From positions 18,247-56,585 of the forward strand of contig CAYVUT010000001.1 of assembly GCA_964455225.1 (NCBI GenBank): a DNA stretch of 38,339 bases, in the 5' to 3' direction. Source of the stretch: an uncultured Candidatus Saccharibacteria bacterium. GTDB taxonomy: Bacteria; Patescibacteriota; Minisyncoccia; Phycocordibacterales; Phycocordibacteraceae. Numbering within the stretch: the stretch's first letter is position 1; every line of letters begins with the position of its first letter. Under the pieces are notes generated by a model. That model saw only the letters and a list, made by a program, of their open reading frames with translations, was not told the DNA's origin and searched no databases. The position numbers and the translations under genes are program-made. Positions 1 through 6,808 of the stretch are shown here, piece after piece.

Positions 1-119
1 CAACTACCGAACCGGTTCCTACCACGGCCGAGCCCGCTCCAGCTGATACGACCACCACGGACACTACGACTACTGCGCCAACCCCTGAACCAACCCCTGA
101 GCCTACGCCCGCTCCCTAA
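1..119 (+). CDS. 3' end of an upstream gene: Pro/Thr/Glu-rich C-terminal tail (partial, start outside window)
   Basis: Frame 3 is open from the window edge to TAA at 117-119. It reads TTEPVPTTAEPAPADTTTTDTTTTAPTPEPTPEPTPAP*. The PT-linker composition matches the surface proteins that follow. No family assignment is possible. Confidence 0.35.
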   Translation, partial: TTEPVPTTAEPAPADTTTTDTTTTAPTPEPTPEPTPAP

Positions 120-187
120 CGCTCCCCACAAATCCTTGACGGATGTCTCATAGTGCTCTAGAACCCACTACAGACTCCTCCATTTTT

Positions 188-232
188 CGTCCTGGCCACC
201 AGGCAGCAGAAGGGCCCTTGGTGGCCAGGACG
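188..232 (+). terminator. Perfect 13-bp stem hairpin downstream of the partial gene (possible terminator, no clear U-tail)
   Basis: cgtcctggccacc (188-200) pairs with ggtggccaggacg (220-232). TTTTT lies 5' of the stem and there is no T-run 3' of it. Confidence 0.35.
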
Positions 233-279
233 AACGCCATTTCGGCCTAAGTCCGCTGGCAGGCAAATGAGAGGAAATT

Positions 280-999
280 ATGCACATTCAAAGGTTGTAC
301 GGACTGAGGCATATCGCCTCGGCCCTTCTTGCGGTTGCGGTAGCCTTCGGAGCGACACTTGTGTCGCACTCGGCGGAAGCCGCAACCATCTACGCGTGCG
401 TGTCGAACCTGGGTGGTAACGTGCGCGTGGTCTCATCGACCACGACCTGCAGGGCTACCGAGAGCCCGCTCAGCTGGAACAGCGAAGGTGTCCCCGGCCC
501 CGCGGGTCCTCCGGGCCCTGCCGGAACCGGCGGCCCTGCGTGGAAGCTGGTCGATTCTGTCGGACAGGAGGTCGGTCGTGCAGCTTCGGACTTCATTGGC
601 GTTGACCTGACCATCGTCTTTGAGCATGCGGGCCGTCCGTTGTTTCTCGTGCTCCTGGACAAGAATCATCTGATTGGCCCGCTCACTCCATACTTCTCAA
701 CGCCGGACTGCAGCGGAGTGCCATACTATGAGGTTGGAACAAATATCGACCCCAAGGACGTTCCGCCCATCACGACATTTGTCGGTCCTCCTGGTCGGAC
801 GGTGTATATTCCTGATGATGCGGCGTCGCTCGTGCAGGTTGAGTTCCAGTCGTACTACCACACCACTATTGACCAATGCTTGCCGAATGTTTTCTCTGGC
901 ACGGCAGCACGCCCACTCGTGCCGCTCGTCGACTTGGACACCTACTTCACTCCGCCGTATCACGTGGAGATGGTGGGCACCACGCCGACGCTGCCCTAG
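280..999 (+). CDS. Secreted hypothetical protein with a short collagen-like G-X-Y stretch
   Basis: GAGAGG Shine-Dalgarno-like sequence about 6 nt before ATG 280. N-terminal signal peptide (ALLAVAVAFGATLVSHSAEA|A). A Cys-bracketed segment IYACV...TTTCRATE precedes GVPGPAGPPGPAGTGGPA. A C-terminal domain of about 150 aa follows. A strong terminator follows the gene. Confidence 0.7.
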   Translation: MHIQRLYGLRHIASALLAVAVAFGATLVSHSAEAATIYACVSNLGGNVRVVSSTTTCRATESPLSWNSEGVPGPAGPPGPAGTGGPAWKLVDSVGQEVGRAASDFIGVDLTIVFEHAGRPLFLVLLDKNHLIGPLTPYFSTPDCSGVPYYEVGTNIDPKDVPPITTFVGPPGRTVYIPDDAASLVQVEFQSYYHTTIDQCLPNVFSGTAARPLVPLVDLDTYFTPPYHVEMVGTTPTLP

Positions 1000-1019
1000 A
1001 CAGCACCGCAACATTGAAG

Positions 1020-1045
1020 GCACCGCGCAACGCGGTGCCTTTTTC
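1020..1045 (+). terminator. Rho-independent terminator
   Basis: gcaccgcg-caa-cgcggtgc followed by cttttt. Confidence 0.8.
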
Positions 1046-1052
1046 TATACCT

Positions 1053-1058
1053 TATAAT
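1053..1058 (+). promoter_or_regulatory. -10 box TATAAT, 7 nt before ATG 1066 (leaderless-type)
   Basis: TATAAT at 1053-1058 overlaps the first ATG of the ORF (1057). The second in-frame ATG (1066) sits at the 6-9 nt spacing seen at about 14 other genes in this window. Confidence 0.45.
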
Positions 1059-1065
1059 GGAGCGT

Positions 1066-3453
1066 ATGCGGCGACTGTTTTCCGTTGTATCAAGCACGAT
1101 GCGCCAGGTACTTGGCAGGGGAGCCGTGCTCCTGCTCGCTCTCCTCATCGCCCTCCCGCCGACGCTTCTTTCGTTTCCGCAGGCAGTGCATGCAGGATCG
1201 CAGAACTTTACCTACACAGGCGCAGAGGTAACGTGGACTGTCCCTGCCGGAGTGTTTTCAGTGACAGTCGATATGGCTGGAGCAGAGGGAGGGAATAATG
1301 CCGGACTCAACAATGGTACTGAAGGCTGGGGTGGACGCATGCAAGCAACGCTTACTACGACACCTGGAGAGACGCTTCGGATAGGGGTGGGTGGGAAGGG
1401 TGGGGACGGCTCTGGTGCGACCGGTGGTTCTGCCGGTTTTTATGCTGGCGGGGCAGGCGGTACTGGCGGCGGTGTCGGTTCCGGCGGAGGTGGAGGTGGA
1501 GGACAAAGCTACATCAAACGCGGCGGCTCAACCGACGCTCATCGCGTGCTTGTGGCGGGCGGCGGTGGCGGCACGGCAAACAACAATGCCGGCGGAGCTG
1601 GAAATGGCGGAATTACTTTGCATACCGAGGCAACCGCGTCCTCTGCGGCGACCGCAGGCATCTCGCCGCCCGCCGCCAACGGTGGCGGCGGCGGTGGCGG
1701 CGGTTGGGTTGGCGGTACCGGAGGAACTCAAAACGGTGGCGGCAACAATAACACTGGCTCTGGCGGTTCAAACATGGCTCACTCAACACAGACGAGCGGT
1801 GTGACCTCGACTGGCGCGTACCGAAGCGGTGATGGGTACGTGAACCTCTCCTATACCGACCCGACGAAAGTGACTATTACCACGACCGGGGATACGACGT
1901 GGACAGTTCCTGATGATTGGACGAACGACAACACGATTGAGGTGATTGGCGGCGGTGGCGGTGGTGGAACTGGTACCAATGGAGGTATCTTGGGTAATTC
2001 GGCAGGAGGCAATGGAGGTGGCGGTGGTGGCGGAGGGGCGTATTCAAGATCAATTGACATCGCTTCTATTTCACCAGGAGCGGACGTTACGGTGCGCGTA
2101 GGTGCCGCGACCGGTGACACGTATGTTTGTGATAGCACTTCAAATTGCGCAAGTATCGCAGGAAGCGCAGTGGTCGCTGGTGCAAAAGGAGGAGTAAATG
2201 CATCCGGTGCAACCGGTGGAGCGGGCGGAGTTGCGGCAAGCGGTGTTGCAAGTGGAACAGGGTCAGTCAAGACGAGCGGCGGCAGTGGAGGAAGCGCAAG
2301 TACTTCTCATGCGTCAGATGCAGATGGTGGGACGGGTGGTGGTGGAGGCGGAGGGGCCGGAGGATTCGTTGGAGATGGTGGTGGAGGAGGAGTAAGTGAT
2401 GGACTAGGGGCCGGTACTAATAATGGATCAACTGGAGGGGATGGCGGGGCTGCAAACACTTCTGCTGGTGTTGTTGGTGGGACTGGGGGTCTTGCAGGCG
2501 GGCTAAATGGATGTAATGACAACGGGTGTTCTGGTAGCGCAGGAAATACAGGGAGCAATGGTACTGAATTCGATGGGACCAACGGTTCTGGTTCCGGGGG
2601 TGGAGGAGGCGGAGGAGGTGAAGGAAGTTCGGCGGCTCCTTGTAGTGCAGCACAGTGTAACGGAGCCACGGGCGGCGCTGGTGGTAGCTATGGCGCAGGC
2701 GGTGGAGGCGGAGGAGGTGGAGCAAGTGGCGCTGGCGCTGAAGGCGAGGGCGCAAACGGCGGTAACGGCAGAAGCGGCATAGTAATTATTACCTACACTC
2801 CCGCCACCGCCCCCGATGCCTCAACGGGGCTTACTGCAACGGGGAGCGTCGGACAAGTCTCGCTCTCATGGACGGCACCGGTGAACGTGGGCGGCTCAGG
2901 CCAATCAATCACGAACTACAAGGTCTATCGCGATACCGCTTCTCCTGCGACGACGCTGCTCACGACTATCGGCAACACGACCAACTACACTGATACCGAC
3001 GTTACTGCCGGAACTACGTATTTCTATCGCGTCATCGCAGTGAACTATGCGGGACTTTCCGGCGCTTTTTCAAACGAAGATTCTGCGGCGCCAACCGCGT
3101 CGGTTCCAGATGCCCCCACAAACCTCGTGGCAACTGCAGGTTCAAATCAAGTGAACCTCTCGTGGACGACGCCCGCTTCAAACGGCGGATCTGCGATAAC
3201 CGGATATAAGGTGTATCGCGATGGCGCATCTCCTGCTACCACGCTTCTCGACACTATCGGCGTCACCAACACCTATACCGACTCGACTGCCACGAACGGC
3301 AACACCTATTTCTATCGCGTGAAGGCGACGAACGCGCAGGGCGATAGCGCCTTCTCAAACGAAGACTCGGCGATGCCGCAAGCGGGCGTAACCGCCCGCG
3401 TGATACGTATCAAGGGCGGCATCCGGCTCATGGGCGGCATACGCCTGCGCTAG
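1066..3453 (+). CDS. Large secreted glycine-rich protein: two glycine-rich beta-type domains plus two fibronectin type III domains
   Basis: The ORF runs 1057..3453; start 1066 (MRRLFSVV...) is preferred because of the -10 box. Signal peptide LLLALLIALPPTLLSFPQAVHA|G. Two modules open with FTYTGAEVTWTVPAGVFSVTVDMAGAEGG and TTGDTTWTVPDDWTNDNTIEVIGGGGGG. They close with GDGYVNLSY and GRSGIVIITY, the pattern of bacterial/phage glycine-rich domains. Two FN3 repeats follow (LSWTAP...YKVYRD...TTYFYRVIAVN and LSWTTP...YKVYRD...NTYFYRVKATN). The C-terminus is IKGGIRLMGGIRLR. Confidence 0.8.
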   Translation: MRRLFSVVSSTMRQVLGRGAVLLLALLIALPPTLLSFPQAVHAGSQNFTYTGAEVTWTVPAGVFSVTVDMAGAEGGNNAGLNNGTEGWGGRMQATLTTTPGETLRIGVGGKGGDGSGATGGSAGFYAGGAGGTGGGVGSGGGGGGGQSYIKRGGSTDAHRVLVAGGGGGTANNNAGGAGNGGITLHTEATASSAATAGISPPAANGGGGGGGGWVGGTGGTQNGGGNNNTGSGGSNMAHSTQTSGVTSTGAYRSGDGYVNLSYTDPTKVTITTTGDTTWTVPDDWTNDNTIEVIGGGGGGGTGTNGGILGNSAGGNGGGGGGGGAYSRSIDIASISPGADVTVRVGAATGDTYVCDSTSNCASIAGSAVVAGAKGGVNASGATGGAGGVAASGVASGTGSVKTSGGSGGSASTSHASDADGGTGGGGGGGAGGFVGDGGGGGVSDGLGAGTNNGSTGGDGGAANTSAGVVGGTGGLAGGLNGCNDNGCSGSAGNTGSNGTEFDGTNGSGSGGGGGGGGEGSSAAPCSAAQCNGATGGAGGSYGAGGGGGGGGASGAGAEGEGANGGNGRSGIVIITYTPATAPDASTGLTATGSVGQVSLSWTAPVNVGGSGQSITNYKVYRDTASPATTLLTTIGNTTNYTDTDVTAGTTYFYRVIAVNYAGLSGAFSNEDSAAPTASVPDAPTNLVATAGSNQVNLSWTTPASNGGSAITGYKVYRDGASPATTLLDTIGVTNTYTDSTATNGNTYFYRVKATNAQGDSAFSNEDSAMPQAGVTARVIRIKGGIRLMGGIRLR

Positions 3454-3456
3454 CGT

Positions 3457-3993
3457 ATGCACACCCGTATTGCTGTTACGTCGGCCCTCGTACTCCTTCT
3501 GGCGCTTGCGACTGGCTTCTGGGCCTCGCGCGACACATCTGAAGTGCCTATGAGTGCGCAGGAAGGAGCGGAAAAAAGCACGAATGTGCCGGATGGTTGG
3601 GTCGCGTACGAGAATCCTGGCCACCGATTTTCCTTTGCGCACCCGCCCGGGCTGTCCGTGAAAGAATACGATGAAGGGAATAACTCCGTAACGCTCGTGT
3701 TTAGCGAGAATGGCAGCTCGCGCAGCTTCCAGATATTCATTACCCCGTACACGGAAGATCACATCACGAGCGAGCGGTTTTCTATGGACGCCCCTTCGGG
3801 CGTCATTGAGAATCCAGTGGAAGTGGTGATCGGCGGGAGTGCGCGTGGATCGGTCTTTGACGGGGAACATGCGCTTCTAGGAAAGACGCGAGAGGTGTGG
3901 TTCATACACGGCGGATTTTTGTTTGAAGTGACGACCTACCGCGACCTCGATGCGTGGATTTCCGAAATCATGGCAACCTGGGTATTCTTATAG
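3457..3993 (+). CDS. N-terminally anchored hypothetical extracytoplasmic protein
   Basis: ATG lies 3 nt after the previous stop. One N-terminal hydrophobic helix (VTSALVLLLALATGFWA) precedes a soluble beta-rich domain of about 150 aa. No recognisable catalytic motif. Confidence 0.65.
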   Translation: MHTRIAVTSALVLLLALATGFWASRDTSEVPMSAQEGAEKSTNVPDGWVAYENPGHRFSFAHPPGLSVKEYDEGNNSVTLVFSENGSSRSFQIFITPYTEDHITSERFSMDAPSGVIENPVEVVIGGSARGSVFDGEHALLGKTREVWFIHGGFLFEVTTYRDLDAWISEIMATWVFL

Positions 3994-3998
3994 GAATT

Positions 3999-4343
3999 AT
4001 GAATTTCCGCTCGCCTACATTCCTCTCTGCGCTCGGTATTGCTCTTGCACTCGTGCTCGTGATCGGGCTCGGTCTCTGGTTTTCATATCGCGCACCAGAT
4101 GACGCCACGCGCGTTGCGCGGGCGATAGCAAAGCTGGTCATCGTTCCGCCCGAGACCCCGATCGTCACTACTGTCGTCGACCCGGAGAAACTCGCGGACA
4201 CGCCGTTTGCGGGCGAGGCAAAAGCGGGCGATCGCATCCTGTTTTATACGAATGCAGGTCGTGCCATCCTCTACGACCCAGTAGCTAACCGTGTCATCGA
4301 CATGGCTCGTACCGCATCGGCAGTAGAAAACACCTCTCGCTAG
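3999..4343 (+). CDS. Small N-terminally anchored hypothetical protein
   Basis: The ORF track starts at 3954 and overlaps the previous gene. The in-frame ATG 3999 (MNFRSPTFLSALGIALALVLVIGLGLWF...) lies 5 nt after the previous stop and begins directly with the TM helix. Confidence 0.6.
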   Translation: MNFRSPTFLSALGIALALVLVIGLGLWFSYRAPDDATRVARAIAKLVIVPPETPIVTTVVDPEKLADTPFAGEAKAGDRILFYTNAGRAILYDPVANRVIDMARTASAVENTSR

Positions 4344-4362
4344 GGGCCGTGGGTGGTATCTT

Positions 4363-4368
4363 TATAGT
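4363..4368 (+). promoter_or_regulatory. -10 box TATAGT, 9 nt before ATG 4378
   Basis: ctt-TATAGT-acggaacac-ATG. No SD is visible. Confidence 0.4.
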
Positions 4369-4377
4369 ACGGAACAC

Positions 4378-5679
4378 ATGAGGCGTTTCCGGCACATTGC
4401 ACGTTTATTTTCGCTGCTTGCGATCTTGGCGGTTTTTTCGCCGTTTGCACACGCGCAACAGGAAATGACCGGCACGGATTTCACGATCTCGACCCCGGTC
4501 ATCACGACCGGCGGCTCGCGCGCGACTTCCGCAAGCTACGAGCTCTACACGGCTTTCGGGCAGCTCTCAAGCGCCGAGACTGCTGCGGGGAGCTTCATCG
4601 CGCGCGGCGGATTCCTCTATTTTCCAGTCGCGACGACGCCGACGCTTTCTGGCACGGCGGGGAATGCAGAAATGGCGCTCTCCTGGACCGCGTCGACTGG
4701 CACGCTCGCGCGCGTCAATGACTACCAAGTCGGCTATTCGACTACTTCCGGCGGCCCCTACACATTCATCTCAGTGGGCGAGGTGACTTCGTATACGAAA
4801 ACAGGACTCACGAATGGCACTACCTACTACTTCGTGGTGCGCGCCATGGGTGGCACGCTCACGCTCGCAGAGTCGAATGAAATAAGCGGCACGCCAAGCA
4901 CTACTGAAACTGGTGGTGGCGGAGGCGGCGGGGGTGGTGGCGGAGGAGGTGGCACGTCGGGTGTCGGCACCATCCGCATCTCGGGGCTCGCGTCTCCCGG
5001 GGCGTCGGTCACACTGCTTCGCGATGGGGCGGTGGACGCGACCAGCACCGCCGACCCGGGAGCGAACTGGGCATTTACCCGCACCGGCCTCTCGACCGGT
5101 ATCTATTCATTTTCGCTCTATGCGTCAGACACGGATGGACGCCAATCATCGACCGTCTCGTTCGTGCAGTCCATCTCAAAAGGCGTAACGACCGAAGTGA
5201 AGAACATCCTTCTTTCGCCGACGATCGGCGCGAGCCATCAGCAGATCAAGCAAGGCGAGACCATCACGTTCTTCGGTCTCACAGCGCCGGAATCCCAGGT
5301 GGCGCTCTTCGTCAACTCGGAGACGAAACTGGTCGAGAAGCTCGTCGCGAACGCGAGCGGCGCTTGGGTGAAGCCGATCAACAGCTACTTCCTTGAGAAA
5401 GGGGATCACTCCGCGCGCTCGCAGTCCGCGGCGAACGATCTGCTCTCGACCTACAGCCCGACGCTTGCCTTTAAGGTTGGCGATGTGTCGCTCCTTGCCG
5501 AAGATTCGTGCCGACGCTCGGACCTCAACTGCGATGGGAAGGTGAACTTGACCGACTTCTCGATCCTTCTCTTCTTCTGGAATCAGCTTGCGCCGACGAA
5601 CGCGCGTGCGAACATAAACAACAGCGGCCGGGTCGACATCACGGACTTCTCGATACTTCTTTATGACTGGACGGGATAA
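4378..5679 (+). CDS. Secreted FN3 / Ig-like protein with C-terminal dockerin module
   Basis: Signal peptide LLAILAVFSPFAHA|QQ. FN3 repeat (LSWTAS...YQVGYS...TTYYFVVRAM). A run of 14 Gly acts as a linker. Beta-rich repeats follow. The C-terminus carries two Ca-loop plus helix segments, DLNCDGKVNLTDFSILLFFW and NINNSGRVDITDFSILLYDW, the type-I dockerin pattern D-x-N-x-D-G-x-V-x-x-x-D. Confidence 0.8.
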   Translation: MRRFRHIARLFSLLAILAVFSPFAHAQQEMTGTDFTISTPVITTGGSRATSASYELYTAFGQLSSAETAAGSFIARGGFLYFPVATTPTLSGTAGNAEMALSWTASTGTLARVNDYQVGYSTTSGGPYTFISVGEVTSYTKTGLTNGTTYYFVVRAMGGTLTLAESNEISGTPSTTETGGGGGGGGGGGGGGTSGVGTIRISGLASPGASVTLLRDGAVDATSTADPGANWAFTRTGLSTGIYSFSLYASDTDGRQSSTVSFVQSISKGVTTEVKNILLSPTIGASHQQIKQGETITFFGLTAPESQVALFVNSETKLVEKLVANASGAWVKPINSYFLEKGDHSARSQSAANDLLSTYSPTLAFKVGDVSLLAEDSCRRSDLNCDGKVNLTDFSILLFFWNQLAPTNARANINNSGRVDITDFSILLYDWTG

Positions 5680-6808
5680 GCAAAAGAACGAAGAAGGCAG
5701 AAAGCAGAAAGCGGTACTGACACTGCTTGCGGTGTTTTTTGTGCTTGGTTGGCACATGCCCGCGGCTCACGCGGCGAGCTTGATCGGCGTTTCAAGCGTG
5801 CCCTCGATACAGCAAGGAGAGAGCGTTCCTATCGAATGGTATCTCGATACCGAGGGCGCCATCATCAACGCAGTCGACCTCACGCTTGTCTTTTCAAGCG
5901 ACACGCTCGAGGTCGCTGCGGAGCCAGGACGTTCGCTCGTTTCGCTGTGGGTCGAGCCGCCCACGGCTCGCAACGCGGAGGGCGTAGTGACGCTCGTCGG
6001 CGGGATCCCGGGCGGGCTCTCTGGCGTGGTCCCGCTCTTCCGCACGAACGTAACGGGCCGCGCGGCGGGACCGGCGGTCTTCGCGCTCTCGGCAAGCTCG
6101 AAGGCATATCTCCATGACGGGAGCGGGACTCCGGTGGCTATCGAGCTCCCGCAATTCCAGCTCGCCGTCGGCAGCTCTACGGCCGCGTTTGCGCGCTCCT
6201 CAACACACCCTGATCAGGAACAGTGGTATCGCGCGCAGGACGTCAAACTCGCGTTCCCGTACGACGCGTCTGCGTCGTATCGCTACACCTTTACGCAGGA
6301 TTTCAACAGATTCCCGGATGGGGAGGCGCAAGAGACTGACGGCTCGCTCACCTATACCGATCTTGCAGACGGCGTGTATTTCTTCCGTGTCGTCGAAACT
6401 GGGGCGGACGGTGCCGCCACAGACAAGGGCGTATTTCGCGTGCAGATCGACCGCACTCCGCCGGAAGCATTTACGCCGCTTCTCGCTACCAGCACCGATC
6501 TCTTTGACGGCAAGCCGTTCCTTTCGTTCGCTACGGTCGATAAGACCTCGGGCATCACTCGCTACGAAGTCCGCTCCGGATGGTTCGGCCGCTCGCGCGA
6601 AGCACGCTCGCCGTATGCTGCCTCACGGCCGCTCCTTGGCGATTCGGTGCGCGTCCGCGCGTACGACGCGGCAGGGAACTCTCAGGATGCATACGTCTCG
6701 TATCCGGGCGTGATCGGTACGCTGACGCTTATCACCATCCTCGCCGTGCTCGGCGTGATACTGGGAATCGGAATACGGTATAGTCGTAAGAAGCGCCTGC
6801 TCCCATGA
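5663..6808 (+). CDS. Cohesin-like surface protein, C-terminal single-pass membrane anchor (paralog 1)
   Basis: Overlaps the previous gene by 17 nt. Signal peptide (KQKAVLTLLAVFFVLGWHMPAAHA|AS). N-terminal beta domain VPIEWYLDTEGAIINAVDLTLVFSSDTLEV...VVTLVGGIPGG resembles cohesin. The middle module is shared with the next gene (HPDQEQWY, DGVYFFRV, IDRTPPEAF, SGITRYEV, AYDAAGN). C-terminal TM helix GTLTLITILAVLGVILGIGI followed by RYSRKKR. Confidence 0.75.
   Translation: MTGRDKQKNEEGRKQKAVLTLLAVFFVLGWHMPAAHAASLIGVSSVPSIQQGESVPIEWYLDTEGAIINAVDLTLVFSSDTLEVAAEPGRSLVSLWVEPPTARNAEGVVTLVGGIPGGLSGVVPLFRTNVTGRAAGPAVFALSASSKAYLHDGSGTPVAIELPQFQLAVGSSTAAFARSSTHPDQEQWYRAQDVKLAFPYDASASYRYTFTQDFNRFPDGEAQETDGSLTYTDLADGVYFFRVVETGADGAATDKGVFRVQIDRTPPEAFTPLLATSTDLFDGKPFLSFATVDKTSGITRYEVRSGWFGRSREARSPYAASRPLLGDSVRVRAYDAAGNSQDAYVSYPGVIGTLTLITILAVLGVILGIGIRYSRKKRLLP

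Noticed and set aside
1380-2770. GGC/GGT-rich low-complexity DNA, also at 4915-4955, considered as tandem repeats, a CRISPR-like array or a slipped-strand phase-variation tract.
   Set aside because: There is no regular repeat-spacer periodicity. The glycine codons are mixed (ggt, ggc, gga, ggg), so there is no long perfect microsatellite. The tracts are explained by poly-Gly coding.
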